Assembly (NCBI GenBank): GCA_035193785.1
Contig: CP136572.1
Coordinates: 3,124,578-3,188,577 of the forward strand
From: Planktothrix sp. GU0601_MAG3
GTDB lineage: Bacteria; Cyanobacteriota; Cyanobacteriia; Cyanobacteriales; Microcoleaceae
DNA length: 64,000 bases
Reading direction: 5' to 3'
The notes under the pieces are model-generated. The model saw nothing but the letters and a program-made list of their open reading frames with translations. It was not told the DNA's origin and ran no database searches. Shown here piece by piece: positions 41,906 to 53,532 of the stretch (the stretch's first letter is position 1; the number at the start of each line of letters is the position of its first letter). The position numbers and the translations under genes are program-made.

Positions 41906-43730
41906 ATGAAAATTTTATTAGTAGAAGATGACCCACTAACCAGTACCACCTTATCGGAAATTTTACTCGCTCATCAATACACCGTAAATACCGTCACCGA
42001 TGGACTAACGACCTTGGAAATGGCCGAAACCTTTCTCTATGACCTAATTCTATTAGATATTGGTATTCCTAAACTAGACGGAATCAGTGTTTGTAAACAG
42101 TTACGCAGCAAGGGATATCAAAATCCTATTTTACTCTTAACCGCAAGGGATAGCAGTACCGACCGGGTGATGGGATTGGATGCCGGGGCCGATGATTACG
42201 TCGTTAAACCCTTTGATATTAATGAATTAATGGCAAGAGTCCGGGCTCTATTACGCCGGGGAAAATCCGTTTCTACGGCGGTAATGACCTGGGAAAATCT
42301 GAGTTTTGATCCGATTAATAACGAGGTAAAATCCGGGGAGAGGTTGGTACATCTTACTTCAAAAGAATACTGTTTACTTGAGTTATTTTTACTCAATCCT
42401 AAGCGAATTTTTAGCCGCCGGGCAATTTTAGATCGCCTATGGGATTTTGCCGAATCTCCAGGGGAAGAAACCGTTAGTACCCATATTAAATGTTTACGAC
42501 AAAAACTCAAAGCCGCTGGCAGTGCAGACCCAGTTGAAACCGTTCATGGTTTGGGCTATCGTTTGCGATCGCCTGTTAGCCCATCCTCCCTTGATTCTAC
42601 CGAGTCCCAAGCCATAACCAACCCTAGCAGCACTCGACGGGAAATCGCCCAGATTACCTCTAGGATTTGGGAAAATTTTAAGGACAAGGTGAAAGTCCAA
42701 ATTGAGGTTTTAGAACAGGTCGCCCCAGCCTTACTCCAAGGAAAACTGACTCCTGAACTCCAGCAACAAGCCAGAAACGAAGCCCATAAATTAGCGGGAT
42801 CTCTAGGGATTTTTGGTCTGCGGGAAGGTTCACAAGTGGCCAGAGAACTGGAATATCTCCTCGAACAGCCCAAACTCGAGATCAGCCAGGCCCAGTTAAT
42901 CTCAGATTTAGTCGTTAGTCTAAGTCTTGAAGCCAGTCGAGAAACCCTACTAACCCCCCTTTCTTCCCAACCCGTAGCCTATTCTCCTTTAATTTTAATA
43001 GTAGATGACGATCTAATGTTGGCAGAACGCATTCGGGTCGAAGCGATCGCCTGGGGATTACGCATCGAAATGGCCACGGATCTGCCCGTAGCCCGCAAAA
43101 TGATCGCCCAGAATCCTCCTAACGTGATTCTGCTGGATTTAACCTTTCCCAGTCCCCAGGAAGACGGTCTTACCCTATTAGAAGAAATCAGCCATAGGAT
43201 TCCTCAAATTCCCGTGATTACCTTAACTGGAAGGCAAAGTTTAACTGATCGGGTCACCGTCGCCCGTTTGGGAGTGAAAGCATTTTTACAAAAGCCCTTA
43301 CCCGCCTACGAAATCCTGAAATCAATTACGGAGGTTTTATCCCAGTCTAGGTCAGGAAAAGGAAATCGGGTCTTAGTTGTCGATGATGATTCTATGCTTT
43401 TGGCCTTTGTTTCTAACCTGTTAGAAGCCGAGGGGTTAAGTGTAACCACCCTACAAAACCCAGAAACGATTTTGGGAGGTATTACTCGATTGTCGTCCCG
43501 ATCTCCTGATTTTGGATTGGGAAATGTCAGGCTTCAATGGTTTAGATCTCTGTCAAGCGGTGCGAACTGATCAACGGTGGCGTCATCTGCCAATCATCTT
43601 TTTTTCTGTCCATGCGGAGGAAAGCTCTATTATGCAGGCTTTCGCCGTAGGCGCTTCAGATTACCTCAGCAAAACCACAGACCCAGAAACCCTAATTACT
43701 CAAGTTTTACGTCGTCTGCAACCTGTCTAA
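41906..43730 (+). CDS. Multidomain response regulator REC-wHTH-HPt-REC-REC (RcaC-like; frameshift near 43465)
   Basis: OmpR N-terminus, HPt motif AHKLAGSLG, two further receiver domains. Confidence 0.88.
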
Positions 43731-43734
43731 TGGG

Positions 43735-44113
<379 letters not shown>

Positions 44114-44209
44114 TTACTTAAGTTTACAATTGCGAGAGTGTTGATTGATCAAATGATTAACTTTAATGGATTTCACTTGCAATTCATCAGGGGAGTGTAT
44201 ATTGTATAT

Positions 44210-44700
44210 ACAGAAGCCGAAAAGAGCTTCTCTGACAGATCAGCAAACGATGTTCAAACGGTAAGATCTCGATTAAAGGAGGCCCGAAACACGTTTTCTT
44301 GAGCGTCCGAGTTAAGTGAAATTAGGAGGTTAACTAAACTGTTTCATCTAACGTCTGTTATCTTCGGCAGTAACTCTTTCTTTAGTTGCTGATATTTCCT
44401 CTAGTGAACCAAATGGGAGCAATGTAGCTTCGTTGTTAACAAGTATACAACTCCAAACTTACGGATTATAAATGAGGAAGTTCCTCAGTTTGACTAGGAG
44501 GCTGGTTACTCTGTTTAAGATCAATACAATCTGTCTTGTGGAATACGAACAACAGTACCTATCATTATATCCTTACACTTCCCCCAATCATGGTAAAGGG
44601 AGCAATGCAACTAGGCATTCGACCTTAGTAGCAACTCTACATCATTCAACACAGGAGAGGAAATCACTAGGGAAATGAGCTTTGGGTACTGTTGTTTTAG
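44210..44700 (+). ncRNA. Putative structured ncRNA or multi-sORF transcript
   Basis: TTGCAA-17-TATTGT promoter-like element upstream, several hairpins, three AGGAGG motifs, no convincing long ORF. Confidence 0.4.
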
Positions 44701-44858
44701 GTTGAAAAGATTTTGTCGCCACGCTGCAATCAGAATTTGAAATAAATAACCCATAACCCATAACCCATAACCCATATCCCATATCAGTCGTCAGTCATTA
44801 GTTTATTATCCATTCGTAATTCGTAATTCGTAATTCGTAATTCGTAATTCGTAATTAC

Positions 44859-44909
44859 CCAAACCCACCCTAGGTTAAATCCAGAAGGCTTAACCTGGGG
44901 TGGGTTTGG
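44859..44909. terminator. Strong hairpin downstream of petG
   Basis: ccaaacccaccctaggttaa...ttaacctggggtgggtttgg. Confidence 0.7.
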
Positions 44910-44922
44910 CTTGGCTGAATAT

Positions 44923-45041
44923 CTAGTCGATATTCAGTTGGTTTCCCCGACGATATTGTTGGTATACGCCGCAAAAAATAACCCGGATAGGGTAACGACA
45001 ATTAAACCCAGAACAATTCCCGATAATAATGGTTCTACCAC
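44923..45041 (-). CDS. petG: Cytochrome b6f subunit PetG (apparent 2-nt insertion near 44965; absent from the ORF track)
   Basis: GTG start MVEPLLSGIVLGLIVVTLSGLFFAAY/QQYRRGNQLNID*. Confidence 0.92.
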
Positions 45042-45201
45042 TGGATAACTCCTTGATGTTAATTTGAGTAATTAATCTTTAATCATACCCCTAACCGTTA
45101 ACGCTTCACTGTTGAGTGCTCTTGCTCTTAACCAGACAACACTATAAACTAGGTAAAATGTAAAGATTCTTGTAGATCCGTCTCAAATTATTAGAAACAC
45201 C

Positions 45202-45582
45202 TTGGATAACCAGCTTGCGATTACAGAAATTGATGTCCTGATGAAACGAGCCGCCATCACCACCTTGGCATTGATGGTTTTGATTCTGGGTTGGATTTTT
45301 GTCCTTCCTAAGCTACAGGTTTTCGATCCCTATGTGGAGAATGTGCTGTCCCTGAAAGGAGATTTTGCCCGGGGACAGGCAATTTTTTTTTATAACTGTG
45401 CCGGGTGTCACGCTGGGCAGACCGATAGTCAAGTCGGGCCAAGTCTTCAGGGTGTTTCTCAACGGAAATCAGAAGTGGGCATTATTCAGCAAGTCACCGG
45501 TGGGAATACCCCACCCATGCCCAAATTTCAACCCAGTCCCCAGGAAATGGCCGACCTGTTAAATTATTTGGAAACTCTATAA
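45202..45582 (+). CDS. cytM: Cytochrome cM
   Basis: NCAGCH heme motif, GPSL, TPPMPKFQP; divergent from petG. Confidence 0.88.
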   Translation: MDNQLAITEIDVLMKRAAITTLALMVLILGWIFVLPKLQVFDPYVENVLSLKGDFARGQAIFFYNCAGCHAGQTDSQVGPSLQGVSQRKSEVGIIQQVTGGNTPPMPKFQPSPQEMADLLNYLETL

Positions 45583-45644
45583 CCTCAAAAAATCTTAAAA
45601 AGTCTTGATCAAAATTAGTAACTTTTGCTATAATCAGAAACGTT

Positions 45645-45716
45645 GCTGGTGTAGCTCAGTGGTAGAGCAGCTGATTTGTAATCAGCCGGTCGCAAGTTCA
45701 AATCTTGTCACCAGCT
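45645..45716 (+). tRNA. tRNA-Thr(TGT)
   Basis: Cloverleaf gctggtg/caccagc, anticodon arm gctga-ttTGTaa-tcagc, T-loop gttcaaatc; TATAAT upstream. Confidence 0.96.
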
Positions 45717-45857
45717 TTCGTTATATGCAACTCGATATATATAATAATCTTTGAAATTCCGTTGTACAAAACCTTTGGGTTTTATTCCTGAAAAACTAGG
45801 ATCAACCGAATCACGGCAAAATGCACTCATTCACGATTTTATAAGGGAAACGCTCGA

Positions 45858-46404
45858 ATGTTCAAACGAATTTTAGCAATAGCTTTAGTCTGTTTTAGCC
45901 TTAGCTTAACAGGTTGTATATCCGTTGGCGCGGGATTAAATAGTTTTGTGGATACCGCAGATGGCTATGAATTTATCTATCCTAACGGATGGACACAGGT
46001 GGCTGTCTCCAATGGCCCTGATACGGTACTACACGATATGATTGAACAAAGTGAAAATGTTAGTGTGGTAATCAATCCAGTTTCTAATCCGAATCAAACC
46101 CTCGCAGAAATTGGCACTCCCACGGAGGTAGGATATACATTGAGCAAAAAAGCGATCGCCCCAGAAGGTTCAGGACGTACCGCAGAAACTGATTAGTGCA
46201 GAATCCTTTGAAAAAGGATCGAATCTTTATTATTGGTTAGAATACGCGGTACAACTTCCGAATGAACAAAAACGGCATGATTTTGCTAGTGTTACTATTA
46301 GTCGCGGAAACCTGTTTACATTAAATGTTTCCACTACTGAAAGACGTTGGGAAAAAGCTCGACAACTTCTAACACAAGTGGTGCAATCTTTTAAAGTTTA
46401 TTAA
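45858..46404 (+). CDS. psbP: CyanoP (PsbP-like) lipoprotein (frameshift near 46187)
   Basis: Lipobox LTGC, DGYEFIYPNGW, ENVSVVI, GTPTEVG, LFTLNVSTTERRW. Confidence 0.88.
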
Positions 46405-46413
46405 TTGAGTTTC

Positions 46414-47052
46414 ATGAATCAGCCAAGTCGAATCACATTTATTTTAGCTTCTGCTTCCCCAGCGCGTAAACGGTTATTAGAAACTATTGGTATTCAGCCG
46501 ATTATTCTCAAAAGTGATTTTGATGAATCTCAAATCGCAGATTCTAACCCGGTAGAATTAGTCCAAAAACTAGCCCAATGTAAGGCAGAAGTGATCAGCC
46601 AAAGGTTAAGGAATCAACCGAAAAATGAGGGGGAGATTCTATTGGTTTTGGGGTGTGATTCGGTTTTGGCTGTTGAGGGAGAAATTTATGGCAAACCTGC
46701 TAATATAGAGGAAGCGATCGCCCGTTGGCAAACGATGCGGGGTCAAGTCGGGCAACTCCATACTGGTCATGCTTTAATTAATATTTCTACCGATCAAATA
46801 TTAGTTAATTCTCAAACTACTAATGTCTATTTTTCTGATGTTTCCGATAGTGAAATTAAGGCTTATGTTGCCACGGGAGAACCCTTAAACTGTGCTGGAT
46901 GTTTTGCTATTGAAGGGAAGGGGGGTTTATTTATTGAAAAGTTAGAAGGATGTCATACCAATGTGATTGGATTAAGTTTACCTTTATTAAGAAAAATGAT
47001 CCAAGAATTGGGATATAATATTACCAACTTCTGGTATAGCACTACGCATTAA
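46414..47052 (+). CDS. maf: Maf-family nucleoside triphosphate pyrophosphatase
   Basis: [25 protein letters not shown]. Confidence 0.92.
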   Translation: MNQPSRITFILASASPARKRLLETIGIQPIILKSDFDESQIADSNPVELVQKLAQCKAEVISQRLRNQPKNEGEILLVLGCDSVLAVEGEIYGKPANIEEAIARWQTMRGQVGQLHTGHALINISTDQILVNSQTTNVYFSDVSDSEIKAYVATGEPLNCAGCFAIEGKGGLFIEKLEGCHTNVIGLSLPLLRKMIQELGYNITNFWYSTTH

Positions 47053-47221
47053 AGTTAGGACACTTCTAAAGCCAGCAAACTCATTCACTGCTTACTTACT
47101 GTTCTCGTTCGACCGTTCGACCGTTCGACCGTTCGACAGGCTCACGGCTCACGGTTTCACGGCTCACGGTTCACGGCTCACGGCTCACGACGCAGCCTGT
47201 TCCCTAGTGCGTAGCGCTATA
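47035..47221 (+). mobile_element. MITE-like element with tatagc(a/g)ctacgca terminal inverted repeats
   Basis: tatagcactacgca...tgcgtagcgctata; shorter homologue at 55947-56038. Confidence 0.7.
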
Positions 47222-47256
47222 ACTGGTGTGTGCGCGGAGATCTTCGCACCCTACGG

Positions 47257-48237
47257 TTAGGTTAATAAGCAGGAGAGGGGAAAGATTAAATATTCTAGGA
47301 AAAACAGTTTCCAAATAAATTGATAAAATCCGGTAATTGATTGTTTATTGCTTAAGTCAACCGTTTGACTGCGCCACCATAATACTGTTAATAATATTAA
47401 ATGAGTTAATCCTAAGAGTGCGGGATTTAAGGAAGATTGTAATATAAAACTCCCTAGAATCATTCCTAAATAACAAACAGTGAGTACCCATCGAGAGAAA
47501 TTAAATACGGTGAGGGTTCCTAATTTGATGGTTAAGGTGTTAATTTGAAATTGGCGATCGCCTTCTAAATCAGGAATATCTTTGAAAATTGCGATCGCCA
47601 CGGTAAACACTAAAATAAATAAAGTTAACGCCCAAACCGTCGGCGAAATTATCGGAATTGAAGATATGGATTTTGCCGATAAAATCCAACTTAGGTGTAA
47701 ATATAACCCTAAATTAACGATAATTCCCCTAACGGTAAAAATACAAAATGCCGCCCAAAAGGGAAACCGTTTTAACCTTATGGGTGGTAAGGAGTAAGCT
47801 GTCCCCAAGAGGAGACTAATTGTTACCATTCCCAATAAATAATAGCCTTGAAATGCTGCAATAGTTAAAGCTAAAATTCCAGCTATTCCGACAATAGTTT
47901 GAGCTTTAAAGTTAGAATATTCCCCCGATGCTAGGGGTAAATTGGGTTTATTAACCTGATCGATTTCAATATCTTCGAGTTGATTTAATCCGACAATATA
48001 AATATTGCCACAAATACAAGCTAACCAACTCCAAAATAAAGCCAATAAACTGAAATCAAAACCCGGAAATTCCCTCAACTCACTCAGAGCAATTAAATAC
48101 ATCCCCAAGACGCTTAAAGTTGTACCAATAATGGTATGGGGACGGGAAAATTTCCAAAAAGAGTATAACTCAGGAAATTTTTTTTCAATCAAATTAGGGG
48201 AAGAAACTACCACGGACACAGAAGCAGTTTTAGTCAT
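47257..48237 (-). CDS. Homogentisate phytyltransferase (UbiA family)
   Basis: FSRPHTIIGT, IVGLNQLEDIEIDQVNKP, FKDIPDLEGD, FYQFIWKLFFLEY. Confidence 0.92.
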   Translation of the reverse strand: MTKTASVSVVVSSPNLIEKKFPELYSFWKFSRPHTIIGTTLSVLGMYLIALSELREFPGFDFSLLALFWSWLACICGNIYIVGLNQLEDIEIDQVNKPNLPLASGEYSNFKAQTIVGIAGILALTIAAFQGYYLLGMVTISLLLGTAYSLPPIRLKRFPFWAAFCIFTVRGIIVNLGLYLHLSWILSAKSISSIPIISPTVWALTLFILVFTVAIAIFKDIPDLEGDRQFQINTLTIKLGTLTVFNFSRWVLTVCYLGMILGSFILQSSLNPALLGLTHLILLTVLWWRSQTVDLSNKQSITGFYQFIWKLFFLEYLIFPLSCLLT

Positions 48238-48421
48238 ATTAAAGGAGGGAACAGGGAACAGGGAATAGGGAACAGGCTGCGTCGTGAGCCTGTCGAACGA
48301 GAACAGGGAACAGGGAACACCAGAAGAAAAGATTCCACCGTCTAGGTTTTATTCAAAAGTATTAGATATCCTCCATGCTATCCTAATTCTTGGCTAATTT
48401 CTCCCCCTAATTCCATTAATA

Positions 48422-49787
48422 TTATTTGGGTGATTCTAAGCGCCAACCGGGTTTAATTACTTGACGCTCCCGGGCAATTACTAAACTATCATCGGGGACA
48501 TCATCCGTAACAGTAGAACCCGCGGCTACAGTAACATCATTTCCCAGGGTTAGGGGGGCAACTAAAACACTATTTGATCCGGTTTTAGTTCGATCTCCGA
48601 TTGTTGTTCGGTGCTTTTTCACCCCATCATAATTAGCGGTAATAGTTCCCGCCCCAATATTAACCTTATCTCCTAATGTGGCATCTCCTATATAAGATAA
48701 ATGGGCAACATTAGTCAGATTTCCCACTTCAGTATTTTTCAATTCTACAAAGTTGCCAACCCGACATTTTTCACCAACCTTTGCATGACCCCTTAAATGG
48801 GCGTAGGGCCCTATACGGGTTCCATCGGCAACAACACTATCAGAAACTACGGAAAACTGCACCGTGACATTTTTTCCAATCTGACTATTTTCGATTAAAC
48901 TTCCTGGGCCAATCCGACTTCCAGTTTGAATAATCGTGTTTCCCCGTAGGTGAGTTTGGGGTTCAATAATCACATCCGGTTCTAACTTGACTGTATCATC
49001 AATTGTCACACTATCGGGGTCAATAATTGTTACCCCCGCCGCCATGCAATCAGTTTTTACCCAATCCTGTAAAACCCTATAGGAATTAGCTAGATCTTTG
49101 CGACTATTAATCCCTAAAATTTCTCGATAATCTTCAACATCCACCGCCATCACTTTATCTAAATGATGCACCGTATCGGTGAGATAATATTCCTGTTGAT
49201 CATTATCAGCTTTTAGGTTGGGTAAAATTGCTGCTAACTGTGGCCAATTAAAACAATAAACCCCGGCATTAATTCGATGATTTTGCCTTTGAGCATCGGT
49301 ACAATCTCGATCTTCAACAATTTGATTAACTAAATTATGACTATCACAAAATACCCTACCATATCCCTTGGGATTAGGAAAATGGGCTGCTAATAATGTC
49401 GCCCCGTTGCCATTGTCTTGGTGGATTTTAATTAACTGTTCTAAAGTGTCAGGACGTAATAACGGAACATCCCCATTTAAAACCAGCAAATCCCCGGAAA
49501 AGTCTTTTAAATAGGGCAGTAATTGTTGAATTGCATGACCTGTCCCTAATTGCTTGGTTTGTTCAACAAATTCTAAAGTGGGTTGCGTATCCGTTTGTTG
49601 AAGACCGTCACGAACTAAATCGGCGCCATAGCCCACAATCACCAATCTACGGGAAGGTTGCAACTGGGCACAACTTTCTAAAACCCGTTGAACTAAAGTG
49701 CGTCCTCCCAACTGATGCAGAAACCTTGGGAAGATTTGATTTCATGCGAGTTCCGCGTCCCGCCGCTAAAATTGCTACCGCTACCAT
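48422..49787 (-). CDS. glmU: Bifunctional GlmU (frameshift near 49725)
   Basis: [42 protein letters not shown]. Confidence 0.96.
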
Positions 49788-49847
49788 TTACTGTTTGGGT
49801 GTCAATTGTAAGTTATAGACACGATCATCGCATCCTCAACTATCTTT

Positions 49848-50726
49848 TCACAAGATGGGTTCACTGCGCCATCGTTTCTTCCAATGGGATGTGGGTTCCA
49901 GGGTGCAGGTGTCTTGTTCCGCTTGACGTCGTAGGATAATCCCCTCCGCCGTATCGGATAAACTGGGATCTCGATAGGGGACGGCGGCGCGAGTTTGTAG
50001 GTGTTCTAACTCTTTGGGAGACAGGGGGGGGAAATCCCCGAGGTCAAAACTGGCGATCGTCCCGGGTGTACGTCGCCCCACGGGAGAGGTGGAAGCAATT
50101 TGCAGTCCGGCTTGGATTAAGGCACTTCTGGCCGTCGCGGAACAGGAATAGGTGGCCAAATGTCCCTGGGGTTTGAGACATTTGGCCACTAGGGTTAAAA
50201 ATTCTACTGTCCACAATTGGGGACAGGTGGCGGGAGAAAAGGGGTCAAGAAAAATTGCATCGGCCTTAAACCCAGAATTGTAAACAGTTTGAATTGTATT
50301 TCTAGCATCACCCATCATTAAATTAGCGTTGAATAATTCGGTTTTTAGATAATGATTTTGGGCTAGTTGTTTTAAGATTTCTTGGATATAATCGGGATAG
50401 GCATTAAGTAAATTATATTCTAGGGCTGTTTGGGGAATCCGTTGATCAAATTCCAAGCCAACCCATTCAATCTTACAATTAGGATTAACTTCCCAAATGC
50501 TGGTTAATCCTGCTGCTGTATTATAACCCAAACCGTAACAAATATCAAGTAAAAACAAGGGAGATGTTTCGGCTTTTTTTCTTAACTGTAAAGGTTCTAC
50601 AAACTTACGTTCTGCTTCCTGTTTCGCCCCAAAATGACTATGAAATAATTCTCCAAATTCCGAGGAGAAAAAGGTAAAGGAACCATCGGCGGTTAATTGG
50701 GGGGTTAATTGTTCATTTTCGATCAT
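49848..50726 (-). CDS. MnmC/MnmD-like methyltransferase
   Basis: TADGSFT, DICYGLGYN, FLDPFSP..CPQLW, LATYS. Confidence 0.88.
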   Translation of the reverse strand: MIENEQLTPQLTADGSFTFFSSEFGELFHSHFGAKQEAERKFVEPLQLRKKAETSPLFLLDICYGLGYNTAAGLTSIWEVNPNCKIEWVGLEFDQRIPQTALEYNLLNAYPDYIQEILKQLAQNHYLKTELFNANLMMGDARNTIQTVYNSGFKADAIFLDPFSPATCPQLWTVEFLTLVAKCLKPQGHLATYSCSATARSALIQAGLQIASTSPVGRRTPGTIASFDLGDFPPLSPKELEHLQTRAAVPYRDPSLSDTAEGIILRRQAEQDTCTLEPTSHWKKRWRSEPIL

Positions 50727-50802
50727 TTTTTTCCTTTGTCGGGTGTGTAAGATCCTCGCACGCACCATCTAACTAATAAAATAAACCGGGTTTGGTGTTC
50801 GA

Positions 50803-51375
50803 TCAAGTTATAAGTTGAAATTCAACATCTTCATAAATATCAGTCATCGAACAACGAAAATCCAGACTTCCCAAATAAATTTCTGGTTCTGATATATAAG
50901 GATATAAAACCCATAATCCCTCGGAATTTTTTCTAAAACATTCTACACTCATCCGATCTTGAGCAATTAGAACATATTCTTCTAAGGTTTCTAACTGTCG
51001 ATAATCTGCAAACTTTTTACCCCGATCAAATCCTTCTGTTCCAGGGGAAATAACCTCAACAATTAATTTAGGATATCGTTTAAAATATTGAAATTCTTTA
51101 TCCCTAGGATCACAGGAGACAATCACATCGGGATAATAATATATATCTAAAACTTCAATATCAGCTTTCATATCCGCCATATAAACCCGATATCCTTTTC
51201 CTCTTAAATGGTTTCTTAAGGTAGATGTAATATTGAGGGAAATGGTAATATGGGAATCACTCGCCCCCGCCATAGCATAAACTTCTCCTTGAATATATTC
51301 ATGCTTGACCAGACTATTTTTTTCACCTTCGAGGTACTGTTCACGGGTAATATAGGTTTGGGGATTAGCAATCAT
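50803..51375 (-). CDS. Uma2 family endonuclease
   Basis: HEYIQGEVYAMAGAS, YYPDV, IVEVISPGT..FDRGKK. Confidence 0.93.
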   Translation of the reverse strand: MIANPQTYITREQYLEGEKNSLVKHEYIQGEVYAMAGASDSHITISLNITSTLRNHLRGKGYRVYMADMKADIEVLDIYYYPDVIVSCDPRDKEFQYFKRYPKLIVEVISPGTEGFDRGKKFADYRQLETLEEYVLIAQDRMSVECFRKNSEGLWVLYPYISEPEIYLGSLDFRCSMTDIYEDVEFQLIT

Positions 51376-51527
51376 AACTATTCTCCTAATTTCTGTAAAA
51401 AATCTTAAATTAATTATATTCACGAATCAGATATAATAATTATAAAACAAATTTTAGCTCTTAAGTAGTAAGCCCTCCAGGGCTAACATTTAATTAATTG
51501 TCAATAAACTTAACCGTAAATATTGCC

Positions 51528-52352
51528 ATGATCCAACCTCAACTGATTGTTTCCCCCCCATGGTTAGCAGAACATCTCCAAGATCCTAATATTGTGATTG
51601 TAGACTGTCGGTTTTCCTTAGCTAATCCCCAATTGGGACAACAACAATATCAAGAAAGTCATATTCCCGGAGCTTTTTATTTAGATTTAGACCAAGATTT
51701 ATCAAGTCCGATTCAAAAACATGGGGGACGTCATCCCCTACCAAACCCCGAAAAACTATCAGCAAAATTATCAGAAATTGGCATAACTTCTCAACAAACC
51801 CTAGTTGTCGCTTATGATGATTCTCGGTTAGCCTTTGCCTCTCGTCTATGGTGGCTATTGCGTTATTTTGGACATGAACAAGTTGTTTTATTAGATGGCG
51901 GTTTTAGCCAGTGGAAAAATGCAGAATATCCGATTAATTCTAATATTCCCAGGGCAAAATTAGGACAATTCACACCAGAAATCCAATCAGAAATGCTAGT
52001 TAATATTGAAACAGTAAAAGCCCGAAAAGACCTACCTGGAGTTGTGCTAATAGACTCCCGAGAACCAGAACGCTATTTAGGAAAAACCGAACCCATTGAT
52101 CCCATTGCCGGATGTATTCCGGGGGCGGTAAATTATCCTTGGCAAGAGGTGACAGAAACCACAGGTGTTGTTAAAATAAATGAACAATCCCAACGCTGGC
52201 AGAATATTAAAGACTCAGAAGAAATAATTGTCTATTGTGGTTCAGGAGTCACCGCCTGTGTGAATTTATTTTCCCTAGAATTAGCAGGAATTAATCACGC
52301 CAAACTTTATGGAGGTAGTTGGAGTGATTGGTGTTCCTATTTAATAGAATAA
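51528..52352 (+). CDS. Rhodanese-type sulfurtransferase (SseA-like)
   Basis: HIPGA, GGRHPLP, YCGSGVTAC, LYGGSWSDW. Confidence 0.93.
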   Translation: MIQPQLIVSPPWLAEHLQDPNIVIVDCRFSLANPQLGQQQYQESHIPGAFYLDLDQDLSSPIQKHGGRHPLPNPEKLSAKLSEIGITSQQTLVVAYDDSRLAFASRLWWLLRYFGHEQVVLLDGGFSQWKNAEYPINSNIPRAKLGQFTPEIQSEMLVNIETVKARKDLPGVVLIDSREPERYLGKTEPIDPIAGCIPGAVNYPWQEVTETTGVVKINEQSQRWQNIKDSEEIIVYCGSGVTACVNLFSLELAGINHAKLYGGSWSDWCSYLIE

Positions 52353-52360
52353 CAAAAATC

Positions 52361-52582
52361 ATCCCACGGATTTAAGATGATTAGGCAGATTAACACAGAT
52401 TAAAATTAGAACACGGATTTAAGCGGATTACGCTGATTAACACAGATTAAAATTAGAACACGGATTTAAGCGGATTACGCTGATTAACACAGATTAAAAT
52501 TAGAACACGGATTTAAGCGGATTACGCTGATTAACACAGATTAAAATCCGTGAAATCCGTGAAATCCCCTTAAATCCGTGAT
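52361..52582. repeat. 47-bp tandem repeat (3 full copies plus partial) inside inverted ends
   Basis: gattaacacagattaaaattagaacacggatttaagcggattacgct at 52388, 52435, 52482, partial at 52529. Confidence 0.9.
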
Positions 52583-52603
52583 CCTCATTACCCATTCCCT
52601 ATT

Positions 52604-53432
52604 ATGCAAACCATAGAAAAACCCATTCCATCTTTCCTAGATACTCCCTTAACTATTGCGGGAAAAACCTTTAAATCTCGGTTAATGACCGGGACGGGGA
52701 AATATCGCAACCTCCAAGAAATGCAGGATAGTATTACCGCCAGTGGGTGCGAAATTGTCACCGTCGCCGTTAGACGAGTCCAAACCCAAGCCCCAGGACA
52801 TGAAGGGTTAGCCGAAGCGATTGATTGGAGCAAAATTTGGATGTTACCAAATACCGCCGGATGTCAAACCGCAGAAGAAGCAATTCGGGTGGCTAGACTG
52901 GGACGGGAAATGGCAAAATTATTAGGACAGGAAGACAATAATTTTGTCAAATTGGAAGTAATTCCTGATAGTAAATATTTACTACCTGACCCCATTGGCA
53001 CCTTAGAAGCGGCGGAACAATTAGTTAAAGAAGGCTTTGCCGTATTACCCTATATTAACGCCGATCCCCTGCTGGCGAAACGTTTAGAGGACGTTGGCTG
53101 TGTCACGGTGATGCCCTTGGGTTTCTCCCATCGGTTCAGGACAGGGAATTAGAAACGCCGCCAATATTGCCATCATTATTGATAATGCCACCATTCCCGT
53201 CGTTGTCGATGCGGGCATTGGTGCGCCCAGTGAAGCCGCCTTCGCTATGGAAATGGGGGCGGATGCGTTATTAATTAATTCGGCGATCGCCCTAGCCCAA
53301 AATTCAACCGCCATGGCCAGGGCTATGGGAATGGCTACCGAAGCCGGACGGCTGGCCTATCTCGCTGGACGGATTCCGGTCAAAAGCTACGCCCAAGCAT
53401 CTTCCCCCCTAACTGGGACAATCACCAGTTAA
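52604..53432 (+). CDS. thiG: Thiazole synthase (frameshift near 53122)
   Basis: [38 protein letters not shown]. Confidence 0.95.
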
Positions 53433-53532
53433 ATTGTCAATCCTGGAATTATTAAATTTTTCCAGGGAGTGTAAATTTTTGTTAAATTTTTGTTATTGTT
53501 GATCCCAGATAGTAACCTATGGATTTTTCATC

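Noticed and set aside
52388..52545. Possible CRISPR array
   Set aside because: Units are identical and contiguous with no unique spacers; no cas genes nearby
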